In this document: one piece after another, positions 18,615 to 28,418 of the stretch
How positions within the stretch are numbered: position 1 is the first letter of the stretch
Layout of the letters: every line of letters begins with the position of its first letter
Assembly (NCBI GenBank): GCA_034670305.1
Contig: JAXMNT010000040.1
Location: 1-64,000, forward strand
DNA from: Deltaproteobacteria bacterium
Lineage (GTDB): Bacteria; Myxococcota_A; Polyangia; Polyangiales; Houyiibacteriaceae
Length of the DNA stretch: 64,000 nt
Direction: 5' to 3'
Position numbers and translations under genes: made by a program
Notes under the pieces: model-generated
The model's database searches: none
What the model saw: only the letters and a program-made list of their open reading frames with translations
What the model was told of the DNA's origin: nothing

Positions 18615-18757
18615 CCGGCAGCCACTCGTAGTCTGGATCTTCGACGCCCGTGCAGAGCGAGACCGGCATCCACCGAGAATATCCGACGCCGTGAAGCGGA
18701 GTGAAGCGCTGGGAGTTCTCGCGCAACCGGGGGCGGGTCGGGGCGAGGAGGGGCGTC

Positions 18758-19357
18758 ATGAACCACGAACTCTCCTCGCCGACGGCGGCCTTCGATGTCT
18801 TCGATGCCTCGCAGGTTCCCCTTTCCCCATCCACCCCGGCCGCATCCCCACTGCGACTCCCCGCCGCGCTCACCGTCGGTGGGCTCGCCGCGCAAGGCGT
18901 GCTTGGGCTCGGGGTGCTGGCGGGTCTCGTGCTCCCGGTTTCGGTCACGGCGGATCTGGTCCTGGTCTTTGCGACGCTCGGCAAACTGAGCGCGTACCTC
19001 TTCACGGTCTTCGCGTTCCTGACCTGGTTCGGTCGCTGCTACGACGCGACCATTCAGCGCAGCGGCCCCCTCTCGCTGTCCAAGAACCTGGCGGTCGGCG
19101 GGTTCTTCATTCCGGTCTACAGCATGGTCGGTCCCTACCTCGCGGCGCGCGACATGTGGCAACGCGCCGAAGGCTCGCTGACCAGCCGCGCGTTGCCCGT
19201 CATGATTTGGTGGGGGCTCTGGGTTGCTCGGGTGTTCTCGCCCATGGCAGGAGACGTGGGCGCCGCCATCCTGGAGCTCGCCGCCATCGTCGCCGCGATC
19301 GTCTTCGTTCGCGGCCTCACGCGCATGCTGCAAGGCGAGACGCCTCGCGCGTTCTGA
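18758..19357 (+). CDS. DUF4328-like membrane protein
   Basis: Four TM segments; FLTWFGR...AVGGFFIP...PYLAARDMW...WWGLW. Confidence 0.7.
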   Translation: MNHELSSPTAAFDVFDASQVPLSPSTPAASPLRLPAALTVGGLAAQGVLGLGVLAGLVLPVSVTADLVLVFATLGKLSAYLFTVFAFLTWFGRCYDATIQRSGPLSLSKNLAVGGFFIPVYSMVGPYLAARDMWQRAEGSLTSRALPVMIWWGLWVARVFSPMAGDVGAAILELAAIVAAIVFVRGLTRMLQGETPRAF

Positions 19358-19370
19358 ACAGCGACCGGTG

Positions 19371-21284
19371 TCAGTCGGCTTCGGCGGCTCGGTCGCGCAG
19401 CATGACGAAGCCACCGTGGGCCCAGTCCGCGAAGATCTCGAGGTTGGTGTAGCCGGCGGCGTTGACGAAGGTGGCGCCGTCGAGCGTCCAGGTGCCACGG
19501 ACCCCCTCGTGGTCGCGCTCGCCGACCACCAGCCCATGCAGCCGTTCCCACGCGTCCGCCATGCCGTCGCGGTCGGTGTCGGCGTAGGGGGCGGCGGCAG
19601 CGGGCAGCGTGGGTCGGACGAACGCGCTCTGAGCGCGGAGGAAGTGGTCGTCCACGCCGTCCACGGCGTCGTCGAGGTACCCCTGCGTGAGCGGCAACAC
19701 CTGGCGCTGCCGCATGCCGTCCTCATCGACGACGTACCGCGCGCCGACGTGGCCTCCCTCGATGTTGTATCGGAAGGCCTCCGCCGCGGTCCGCGGTCGC
19801 ATGTCGGTGCCGAGCGGGTGCGGTGTGTCGACGAAGAAGCTGTCGGGGAGCGGGTCGCCGGCGGTGAAGCCACCCGAGGTGATGTGGTGAAACCACAGCA
19901 CGCGGTTGTCCCCGTCGGGGTCGTCGAAGAACCCGGTCATGATGTTGCCGGCCGAGTAGAACTGCGGTGGCGGGTTCCACAGAGGGCTGTCGGCTTCCTG
20001 GTGCGCGTTCCACATCTTGCGCGGGGACGAGCTCGTGCGCGGCCCGCGGCGGTAGTAGTTGTTGATGTCGTTGTGGACGGGCTGGAACTTGTGTGACTCG
20101 GTCCGCGTGCCCCAGTTGAAGGCGAACTGGTTCACCACCTCGTAGCGGTCGGTCTCGAGACCTTGCGCGTTGGGGAAGCGGTGGCTGATGTGAATGTAGG
20201 CGTTGTCGTGCGCGCTCATCGTGCGTGCGCCGGCGTTCTCGGTGTCGGCCGCAAAGATGCTGCCCACGTTGTGGTCCGGGTGTCCTTCGAAGGCGACGTT
20301 GCGCTGCGCGAGCAGCCCCTCGAACCGCCGTACGCTGTACGCCTCGTCGGCGCCCCAGCCGAACGTGTTGTCGGCGAGCGCCAGGTAGCTCGGCCCATCC
20401 GCCGAGAACGTGTCGTTCGCGCCAGCGCTCAGCCCATCTCCGCCAAGGAACGTCACCCCACGCACGACCCAGTCGCCCGTGCCCCGGAGCGTGAAGGACC
20501 CGCCATAGAAGACCACGCCGGGCGCGGGTGCCGTCGCGCCGAGGATTGTCTTGCGGGCACCGTCGCGGCGGAAGGTGTAGCTCGCGCCGGAGCCGACCTC
20601 CGCCAGGCCCGCGGTGCGAAACACGATCACGCCAGGGTCCGGATGCTCGAGCGCGTAGCGGAAGGTGCCGGTGTGGGTGTTGGTGTCCGGGTCGTAGCTG
20701 CCTTCGTCTCGGTTCGCGAGATCGGTGACGAAGAAGATCGCACCACCGCGGCCGCCTTCGATGTCTTCCGCGCCGAGGCCGAGCGCGCTGGGAAACGCTT
20801 TGCGGGTCTCGAGCACGACGACGTCGCCGCCACCGCCGTCTCCCGCATCGGACATGCCGGCGTCGAGCGGTCCGGCGTCGGGTGCCTCGGCGCGGTCGCA
20901 AATGCAGAGATCGGAACCGTGGCCCGTCGGCGCGCAGCCGAGCGACGTGCCGTCGTGTTCGCATCCGGTGCCAGGGGTGTCGAGCGCGTCCACGCAACGG
21001 CGGCCGATCGCCTCGCAGACCACGGCACAGCCCGCCCCGTCGTCGAACGCGACGGAGCATCGGTCCCCCAGATCCTCGCAGACCGACCACCCACGTTCCG
21101 TGGCTTCCTCGCACGAAGGCAGCGGCACGAACGCATCGACGCCTCCGTCCCGATCGGGGGCATCGACGCCCGCGGCATCGGCCGAGGCATCCGCGCGACC
21201 CCCATCGACTGTGCCGTCGTCGTCGCCACAGCCGGAGACGAGGAGAACGAACGCGAAGAAATGAGACACGGTACGCGTGCGCAT
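19371..21284 (-). CDS. Pectate lyase (PL1-like) lipoprotein
   Basis: LVSG-C lipobox; AFP.A.G.G...GGRGG, GTFRYA, TILGATAP, WGADE, HRFP; C-terminal DTDRDGMADAWE. Confidence 0.85.
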   Translation of the reverse strand: MRTRTVSHFFAFVLLVSGCGDDDGTVDGGRADASADAAGVDAPDRDGGVDAFVPLPSCEEATERGWSVCEDLGDRCSVAFDDGAGCAVVCEAIGRRCVDALDTPGTGCEHDGTSLGCAPTGHGSDLCICDRAEAPDAGPLDAGMSDAGDGGGGDVVVLETRKAFPSALGLGAEDIEGGRGGAIFFVTDLANRDEGSYDPDTNTHTGTFRYALEHPDPGVIVFRTAGLAEVGSGASYTFRRDGARKTILGATAPAPGVVFYGGSFTLRGTGDWVVRGVTFLGGDGLSAGANDTFSADGPSYLALADNTFGWGADEAYSVRRFEGLLAQRNVAFEGHPDHNVGSIFAADTENAGARTMSAHDNAYIHISHRFPNAQGLETDRYEVVNQFAFNWGTRTESHKFQPVHNDINNYYRRGPRTSSSPRKMWNAHQEADSPLWNPPPQFYSAGNIMTGFFDDPDGDNRVLWFHHITSGGFTAGDPLPDSFFVDTPHPLGTDMRPRTAAEAFRYNIEGGHVGARYVVDEDGMRQRQVLPLTQGYLDDAVDGVDDHFLRAQSAFVRPTLPAAAAPYADTDRDGMADAWERLHGLVVGERDHEGVRGTWTLDGATFVNAAGYTNLEIFADWAHGGFVMLRDRAAEAD

Positions 21285-21519
21285 GGCCCGATCGTACGTG
21301 ACCAGGCGCTCCAGCACAGCGTCGATGCCGTGGTCGAATGGTACATTGACCGGTGGCCCTTTCGTGCGGCGCAGGTCGATCCACACGGCGTTCTCCAAGC
21401 CACACCGCGTTCCCCAAGCCACACGGTATCCTCGAGCGACACGGTATCCTCCGTTCCGAAGCGAAGCCGGGCGGCGCGTACCAGTTCGGCACCGCAGGCA
21501 GCGACCGATCGGAGTGTTC

Positions 21520-22431
21520 GTGGAGTGGCTCAACTACCATCACCTTCTGTACTTCTGGACGGTCGTCAAAGAAGGTTCGGTCACCGCTGCGGCGAAGAGC
21601 CTGAGCCTCTCGCAGCCGACCATCAGCACCCAGATCAAAGCGCTCGAAGAGTCCCTGGGCGAGCCGCTGTTCCGCCGCGTCGGGCGCACCCTCGAGCCGA
21701 CCGAGATGGGCAAGGTCGCGTTCCGCTACGCGGACGAGATCTTCTCCCTCGGACGCGAGATGCAAGACGTGCTCGCGCGGCGGGCGGAACAGGGCACCCA
21801 GAAGCTCTCGGTCGGGGTGAGCGATCTGGTTCCGAAGATCGTGCTGCACCGGCTGCTCGAACCCGCCCTCTCGATGGAGAACCCGCCACGCATCATCTGC
21901 CGTGAGGACAAGACCGAACGGCTGCTCGCGGAGCTCTCCATCAACGATCTCGATCTGGTGCTCGCGGAGGCGCCGATCGCGCGGCAAGCCAGCGTGCGCG
22001 CGTTCAACCACCTGCTCGGCGAGACCGATGTGAGCTTCTTCGCGAAAGCACCCCTCGCCAGGAAGTACACGAAACACTTCCCGGCCTCGCTCGACGGCGC
22101 GCCGCTCTTGTTGCCCACCGAGAACACGCTGCTGCGCCGGGATCTCGACCACTGGTTTCAGGACCACGACATCCACCCGCGTGTGGTCGCCGAGTTCGAG
22201 GACAGCGCACTCCTCAAAGCGTTCGGCAGGGAAGGGGCCGGTCTCTTCCCGGGACCTCAGGCGATCGAAGACGAGATCTGCGACATGTACCGGGTGAAAG
22301 TCGTCGGGCGCACCCACAGCGTCGTGGAGCGCTTCTACGCGATCACGATCGAGCGACGGATCACCCACCCCGCGGTGCGCGTCATCAGCGAAGCGGCGAA
22401 GACACGCCTCTTCCCCGCCCGGAAACCATAG
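21520..22431 (+). CDS. nhaR: LysR-family transcriptional activator, NhaR-like
   Basis: LNYHHLLYFW..EGSV..AA..L.LSQPTIS.QIK.LE; EFEDSALLKAFG; ERRITHPAV. Confidence 0.9.
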   Translation: MEWLNYHHLLYFWTVVKEGSVTAAAKSLSLSQPTISTQIKALEESLGEPLFRRVGRTLEPTEMGKVAFRYADEIFSLGREMQDVLARRAEQGTQKLSVGVSDLVPKIVLHRLLEPALSMENPPRIICREDKTERLLAELSINDLDLVLAEAPIARQASVRAFNHLLGETDVSFFAKAPLARKYTKHFPASLDGAPLLLPTENTLLRRDLDHWFQDHDIHPRVVAEFEDSALLKAFGREGAGLFPGPQAIEDEICDMYRVKVVGRTHSVVERFYAITIERRITHPAVRVISEAAKTRLFPARKP

Positions 22432-22485
22432 AGAATCTGGATACCAACGATGGACTCATAAGAACGGCAACCATCGCCTCGGTTC

Positions 22486-22528
22486 TTGATAGTTAGGTTT
22501 TCTCTAATTATTAGATGGCGATTATCAA
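22486..22528. promoter_or_regulatory. AT-rich putative LysR operator
   Basis: T-N11-A dyad TCTAAT-T-ATTAGA (22503-22515) nested within TTGATA...TATCAA inverted repeat. Confidence 0.6.
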
Positions 22529-22633
22529 TAGGACCTCTGAGTCCGCTTCGCTTAGTTTCATCTGGGTGGAACGCCGGACCCTTGGCGACTTCGGCGCGCG
22601 CTCCATCGTACCCGCGGCTTGGAGGAAGAGCGG

Positions 22634-23187
22634 ATGACCCTCGATGCCTTGAGAAGTCTTGCCGCCGCGGTCCTGTTCGTGGCCGGTCTGATGCTGTGGA
22701 CGCGGGCGAGCATGCACGTCGAATCGAACGCGGGCTCCCCTGGAACCGTCGCGTCGTGTGAAGAAAGCGAAGTGGACGCTGCGCACCCCGACGTGGAGCC
22801 CCCGGCCGCGCAGGGCGAGTGCCCGCCGACCGACGCCTTCGCCCTGATGCTGCGCAGCGGCTGGCACACGGTGGATTGCAGTACGCTCGGCCGATGGGTG
22901 AACCCAAGGTCGAAGGCGTCGAGCTCGAGCTCGAGGTGAAGTGGCTTGGCCGCGCCGACCTGCTCGCCTTCATCGTCCGCATCCACAACCGCTCCCGCGG
23001 CGATGTGCCCGCCGGACGACGGGTCGGCATCTTCGAGAAGAAGCGCCGCGCCTGCGTGGAGACCGTGACCCTGGAAGCCCCGCTCCCACCTGGCGAGACC
23101 TTCCACCACGCCTTCACCATCCCAATCGTGTCCGAAGACTTCGAACGCGACCACACCATCCACTGGCTCGACGACCCAGAAGCCTGA
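22634..23187 (+). pseudogene. Exported protein split by an apparent 1-nt frameshift near 22896 (or sequencing error)
   Basis: SD GGAGG and signal/TM ORF 22634-22939; protein-like sequence continues in another frame (GEPKVEG...WLDDPEA*). Confidence 0.5.
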
Positions 23188-23300
23188 GCGCTGTGCGGCC
23201 CTTCACTCCCCCGAAACGGACGGGCGCTGCTGAGTCGTAGGTAGGACCCGTCCGCGGTTGGACCTCGAGGCCCAGGACCTCGGCGACGCGGTCGGGAGCG

Positions 23301-24107
23301 TCAGGACAGCGGGGCGTTGGTGAGGGGGAGCGCGGTCCATCGGTTGTCGTGGAAGCGGTGGAGGGTGTCGCTTTCTGCGAAGAAGAGACCGACCGGCGTG
23401 CCGAAGAGACAGGTGTCGCGATGGGTCTCGCCGGTGACCTCGAGCTGGGTGACCTTGCCGTCGAGGTCGATGCGCTGAACCTGGTGGTTGCTCCAGGCGT
23501 AGAAGGCGCCGGCGTAGGAGGTGAGGCACCAGCAGTCCGAGAGTTTCGCCTCGCTGACCTTCTTCTCACGCACGAGCTGGACGGTGCCGGCGCGGGAGCC
23601 GGCGGCGAACACCTTCTGGTTCGGCTCGAAGGCGACGGTGTGCAAGTGGGGCAGCGGTTTGGCGAGCGTCTTCCACTTCGGGTCGGAGAGCGCGCGGCGG
23701 CGGGTGCCGGCGCTGCCTGCGTGCCAGACGAACCCTGGGCCGGCTTCCACGGCCGAGAACGCGCCGCCCGATCCGAACGCGTGCACGACGTCGTCTTTGT
23801 CGAGCACATGCAAGCCGGTGACGGCCTCGAACGCGGCGTGGCGCTCGATGCCGAGCTTCTGGTTGGCGCCGCGTTTGCCAGAGTGCGGCTGGACCGAGAG
23901 TTTCTCGATGCTCCAGAAGACGCTGTAGCCCTCGGTGCCGTCGTGGCCGGACCACATCTCTTCGGAGGGCGGGGAGACCTTGCGCACGAACTCGAACTGG
24001 TCGTCGCGGAGGCGCAGCACGAACCGCTTCGGCCCGGAATAGACGAGCACGAGGACGCAGTTCGTTTCAGGTTCGTGGGCGACCGAGCGAGGCGTGGTGC
24101 GAGGCAT
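23301..24107 (-). CDS. Hypothetical protein, beta-propeller-like
   Basis: Codon-biased ORF with short beta-rich repeats; TATCCT-N6-ATG start. Confidence 0.7.
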   Translation of the reverse strand: MPRTTPRSVAHEPETNCVLVLVYSGPKRFVLRLRDDQFEFVRKVSPPSEEMWSGHDGTEGYSVFWSIEKLSVQPHSGKRGANQKLGIERHAAFEAVTGLHVLDKDDVVHAFGSGGAFSAVEAGPGFVWHAGSAGTRRRALSDPKWKTLAKPLPHLHTVAFEPNQKVFAAGSRAGTVQLVREKKVSEAKLSDCWCLTSYAGAFYAWSNHQVQRIDLDGKVTQLEVTGETHRDTCLFGTPVGLFFAESDTLHRFHDNRWTALPLTNAPLS

Positions 24108-24206
24108 GCGGGGAGGATACGGCAACTTCGGCAGCGTGAGCGGCACGGCTGACGGGTCGCGGGGCGCGTGCTGGGCGGGCGTTGGATGCGCGGGTAGCAT
24201 CGCCCC

Positions 24207-24998
24207 ATGCGGGCATCGTTTCGAATCGCGCTTGGCTTCTCGGTCGCGTGCACCACGGTCGCGTGCACCACGGCCTCGGGTGGCGAGTCGAACCATCCGG
24301 CCACCACGCCCGACCCCGCCACCGAAGCGGAGCCGGTTCCAGTCGAGCCGGTCGTGGGTACGGTGGCCGCGACGCGGCTGACGGGTCCGTTCCCGACGCG
24401 CTGCGCCGCCATCGAGGCCGCCGAGGAAGACGCGGACTGTGATCTGTTGCAGGACGGACCACGCGCGGAACAGCCTCCCGCGCCTTTCCTGGACGTGCGG
24501 TTCGACGAGGCCGTGTTCGAAGACGGCCTGCCCGACTCCAGCTGCAACCTGTTCGTTCGAACCGAGGCCGGATGGTTCCACCACGACCTCGACGGCATGC
24601 TCTGCGGCAACTCGGGCAGCGTGCGGGTCTCCGTCAGCGCCTCGTTCGAGTTCCAGCCGGTGGGTCCAGAAGGTCTGCCGCGGCTCGTCGCGCGCGTCGG
24701 CGAGTACTATTCGCACTCCGTGGACGGCGAAGAAGAGCGTTCAAGGGAGATGTTCTGCGGCACGACCGAAGACCACGGGGTCGCGTGCACGTTCTGGTGG
24801 GTCGCGCAGACCGTCACGCCTTTCGATCCCGACGATCAAGACGGAGACGGGGAGCCCGACGAGAACCCCACACCGCCGCCCCACTGGAACGCGGGGCTGC
24901 GCTACGAGGCGACCGACGCCGTCGTGGTGGGCGCCCACACGCCGCCCGAGTACGGCGCGAACCTGCCGGGCATCGGACGTTTTCAAGTCACGTTCTGA
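24207..24998 (+). CDS. Hypothetical lipoprotein
   Basis: FSVA-C lipobox (VACTT duplicated); TAGCAT-N6-ATG. Confidence 0.8.
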   Translation: MRASFRIALGFSVACTTVACTTASGGESNHPATTPDPATEAEPVPVEPVVGTVAATRLTGPFPTRCAAIEAAEEDADCDLLQDGPRAEQPPAPFLDVRFDEAVFEDGLPDSSCNLFVRTEAGWFHHDLDGMLCGNSGSVRVSVSASFEFQPVGPEGLPRLVARVGEYYSHSVDGEEERSREMFCGTTEDHGVACTFWWVAQTVTPFDPDDQDGDGEPDENPTPPPHWNAGLRYEATDAVVVGAHTPPEYGANLPGIGRFQVTF

Positions 24999-25040
24999 GG
25001 CCTGGTTGCGGCGTCTGCGCGATGCGCGGTAGTTCCGGGG

Positions 25041-26456
25041 ATGCGCTTCGTCGTTCTGATCCTCCTGCTCGGGTGTCCGGCCGCCACGACCCCGGCCGCC
25101 ACGATCCCGGCCGCCACGACTCCGCCGCCCGCGGTCGCACCGGCACCGACCACCCAGTGTCGCGTCGAGCAGCGGGAGGTCCAGGTCGAGTGGACGCTCG
25201 ATGCGGCGGGGTTTCCGACGAAGCAGTACGTGAACAACGACGCGGCAGCGCATCAGTTCGCGACCGAGTGGGTGCGCGACCGAGACGGACGCACCTTGCG
25301 GGTCGAGACCGAGATGCTCGAGGGCATCGGTGAGGATCGCCACTTCACTCGAACACTCACCCATCGAGAGAGCAACCGAACGGTTGAGGTCCGGTACGAG
25401 GAACGCGGCGAGGTCCACAGCGAGCGCTACTTCTACGACGACCGCGGCCGCCCGATTCGAATCGAGTCCGTCGTCGGCGACGGCGAACCCCGCATCACTT
25501 CGTGCAGGTACGACGACCGTGGCCGGGTCGTGATGCGCGACGGGGTCATGTACGAGTACGTGGGCGATCGAACCATGCCGAGCCATGCCCGCTACGACGC
25601 CTTCGAGCGCGCGCCCTTCGTCGCCGTGGGCGACGCCGTCTTCGAAGGGGACCCCCTCGAGCCCTACCGTCACAACGCGGAGATCCAACGCTACCTGGGC
25701 GACTGCACCGACGTGTTCTTCTACCCGTGCAGCCCCGTCTTCGCACCACCGCCTGCGGCTGGAGACACACGCGGTGTGCGCCTGCCGCGCTTCGAACGGA
25801 GGCCGGCAGCCTCGATGGAAGCGGTGGTGGAACAGAGCCTCGGGTGCAGGAACAACGGCGCGTCCGGCGAAGACGCGCCGGACGAGACCGCGTCCGACGA
25901 CGACGACTGGGTGGATCTGGGTGCCGTCCGATGCACGGTGGAATCCGTACAGACCGCGGTGGGCACCGGCAGGGTCCGCGGCGTCGCGCTGGTCACCATC
26001 GCGCGTGGTGAGGAGGCGGAGGAGAGCACCCATCTTCTGCTCCACCTCGAGGACGGTTGGTCGCTCGGACCCGAAGTCGCCGACGGTCCGTTCAACGGAA
26101 ACCAGACCGTGGGCACGCTTCGGTTCGCAGTCTCCCGAGTGGCCCTGCAGCCGGTCCTCTCTCCAACCGAACTCGGGCTCGTGGCGCACTACGAGACCGA
26201 GACGAACGTGGCGGTCGACGGGGCGGAACGCGCCATCCGGGAATCCGGGCTCATCCTGTGCACCGGCCTCGCGTCCGCCATGCTCCAGTGCACGCGCGTC
26301 GCAGAGTCGATTCACGAACAGGTGGGCGACCAAGTGACCGAAGCCAGCGCACGTCTGCGGATCGTCGGCGACGGGACGATCGCAGTCGATCAGGTCAGCG
26401 GCCGCCACCAGCGCGTGCCGGCGGACACGTTCGTCGTGGAAGACTGGTTCGAGTAG
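25041..26456 (+). CDS. Lipoprotein with YD/RHS-like repeats and a C-terminal domain like its upstream neighbour
   Basis: LLLG-C lipobox; YDDRGR twice, DRDGR, DAAG turns. Confidence 0.75.
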   Translation: MRFVVLILLLGCPAATTPAATIPAATTPPPAVAPAPTTQCRVEQREVQVEWTLDAAGFPTKQYVNNDAAAHQFATEWVRDRDGRTLRVETEMLEGIGEDRHFTRTLTHRESNRTVEVRYEERGEVHSERYFYDDRGRPIRIESVVGDGEPRITSCRYDDRGRVVMRDGVMYEYVGDRTMPSHARYDAFERAPFVAVGDAVFEGDPLEPYRHNAEIQRYLGDCTDVFFYPCSPVFAPPPAAGDTRGVRLPRFERRPAASMEAVVEQSLGCRNNGASGEDAPDETASDDDDWVDLGAVRCTVESVQTAVGTGRVRGVALVTIARGEEAEESTHLLLHLEDGWSLGPEVADGPFNGNQTVGTLRFAVSRVALQPVLSPTELGLVAHYETETNVAVDGAERAIRESGLILCTGLASAMLQCTRVAESIHEQVGDQVTEASARLRIVGDGTIAVDQVSGRHQRVPADTFVVEDWFE

Positions 26457-26654
26457 CGGGGCAAGGGCAAGTGGGGTGCGCAGGGCCGAGTACGGTGACG
26501 TGGTACACCGCTCGCGTGTCCGTCCTAGGTCCCCAACGAAAGAGAGCCGGATGAACCAACCCCTGGTCAGCGCACCGTACGCGCAACCGCAGGTCGAACT
26601 GCGCCATCAGACGCCGACTGAGGCACCCCGCTCCTCTGAAACGGACGTGTCGTG

Positions 26655-27494
26655 ATGGACACCATCTGGAACCGGCTGGCGGAGCTGTTCTCGCCGACTC
26701 GGATCGGTGGCTACCTCGCCGACAGCCTCGTGCCCGACCTCATCGCGGCCGTCGCAGCGTTTCTGGCGCTTTGGTTGCTGTACAAGCTGGTCGACCGGGC
26801 GCTCCAGGCGTCGCTCCGGCGGACCGACCTGGACAAGACCGCGAGCCTCTTCATCCGCACCGTCGTGCGCTACGGCATCCTCACCATCGCCGTCGTGACG
26901 TCGCTCGCGCAGCTCGGGGTCGACGTGACCTCGCTGCTCACCAGCCTCGGCGTGGCCGGCCTGACGATCGGTTTCGCGGCAAAGGACGTGCTCAGCAACG
27001 TCATCAGCGGCCTGTTCATCTTCTGGGACCGGCCCTTCGTCGTCGGCGACCTGGTGGAGATCGGCGACCACTACGGCACCGTCCAGGAGATCACGATGCG
27101 CAGCACCCGCGTCGTGACGGTCGACGGGCGCATGCTCGCGATCCCGAACTCCGAGATCGTCTCGAAGACGGTGGCGTCCTACACGAACTTCCCCGGCTTG
27201 CGGCTGGACGTGGACTTCACCGTCGCGGTGACCGAGGACCTCGGCCGGGTGCGCGACATCGCGCTCGGCCTGGTCGCCGAGGACGCACGCTTCAGTCCAG
27301 ACAAAGCGCCGACCATCGTCGTGACCGCCCTCAACGACTACAACTGTGCGATCCAGCTCCGGGTATGGCTGCTCGACGAACGCAAGCACATCGCCACACG
27401 GTTCGAGATTCGGGAACGACTCTTCGAACAGCTGCGCGAAGGCAACGTCGACATGCCGTACGAGACCCTCGAAGTCCGCACCCGCGCGGCCTGA
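26655..27494 (+). CDS. MscS-family mechanosensitive channel
   Basis: GVAGLTIGFAAKDVLSNVISG, RPFVVGD.VEIG, GTVQEI.MRST, IPNS. Confidence 0.95.
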   Translation: MDTIWNRLAELFSPTRIGGYLADSLVPDLIAAVAAFLALWLLYKLVDRALQASLRRTDLDKTASLFIRTVVRYGILTIAVVTSLAQLGVDVTSLLTSLGVAGLTIGFAAKDVLSNVISGLFIFWDRPFVVGDLVEIGDHYGTVQEITMRSTRVVTVDGRMLAIPNSEIVSKTVASYTNFPGLRLDVDFTVAVTEDLGRVRDIALGLVAEDARFSPDKAPTIVVTALNDYNCAIQLRVWLLDERKHIATRFEIRERLFEQLREGNVDMPYETLEVRTRAA

Positions 27495-27509
27495 ATCTGA
27501 ACGGTCTGG

Positions 27510-28379
27510 TCAGCCGGAGTCGTCGGAGCCGGAGTCCTCCGACCCGGCGACGGCCCCCCCGTGTCCCTCGATGGCGGGGCCGGGGCCGCCAGGATCGAAG
27601 ATCATGCGAGAGCCAGGGACCGCGATGGCCTCTGCGTCGAACTGGCGGCGCACCTCGATCTGAAGCTCGCTGCGAACCTCCAGGTAGATCTCGCGGCGGG
27701 CCCAGACAGAGAACTTGATGAGCACACCGTCGGCCTCGAAGTCCTGCGCCACGAAGACGGGCTTGGGCTCCTCCAGAATGCGCGGCTCCCGGGCCGCGAT
27801 GCCGTCCAGAATCGCGCGTACCTGTTCGAGGCCTTGGCCGTAGCCGACCCGCAGCAGCAGATCGATGCGACGGAGCTCGAAGCGGCTCAGGTTGGTGAGT
27901 TCGGCTTTGATCAACATCTCGTTCGGGAGGCGGACGAAGAGGTTGTCGAACGTGCGGAGCTTCACGGAGAGCATGTCGATCGAGAGGACTTCCCCGCTGG
28001 TCGTGCCGACGCGAATGACGTCGCCGACACCAAAGGCGCGTTCGCCAATCAGAAAGAGACCGCTGATCAGGTTCGAGGCGGAGGTCTGCGAAGCGAAACC
28101 GACCGCGACGGTGAGTGCGCCTGCGGCGCCGAGCAACACGCTGAGATCGAACCCGGCTTCCCGCAGTGCGCCGAGCACGCCGACGCTGGCCACACTGTAG
28201 AAGATCGCACGCCGCACCAGGATGCTGCGCTGCATGTCGTCTCGCCCAAGCCAACGCCCTGCGGCCGCGGCTGCGACCCGCGCCAGCAACAACGTGAACA
28301 CGAACACGAGACCGGCGCGCGCGAACGTCTCCCAGTGGTCGGAGGTCCAGGTTCGCAGGGTGTTCCACAGTTCATCCAT
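27510..28379 (-). CDS. MscS-family mechanosensitive channel
   Basis: GAAGALTVAVGFASQTSASNLISG, F.VGDVI, LPNE. Confidence 0.95.
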   Translation of the reverse strand: MDELWNTLRTWTSDHWETFARAGLVFVFTLLLARVAAAAAGRWLGRDDMQRSILVRRAIFYSVASVGVLGALREAGFDLSVLLGAAGALTVAVGFASQTSASNLISGLFLIGERAFGVGDVIRVGTTSGEVLSIDMLSVKLRTFDNLFVRLPNEMLIKAELTNLSRFELRRIDLLLRVGYGQGLEQVRAILDGIAAREPRILEEPKPVFVAQDFEADGVLIKFSVWARREIYLEVRSELQIEVRRQFDAEAIAVPGSRMIFDPGGPGPAIEGHGGAVAGSEDSGSDDSG

Positions 28380-28418
28380 GGCGGTTCACCCCGTCGACCG
28401 GCTTGAGTGTGCGGGCAT

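Noticed and set aside
25041-26456. Rhs polymorphic toxin with immunity gene
   Set aside because: Only a few YD-like repeats, no PxxxxDPxG core end, no toxin domain or small immunity ORF; it is a lipoprotein.
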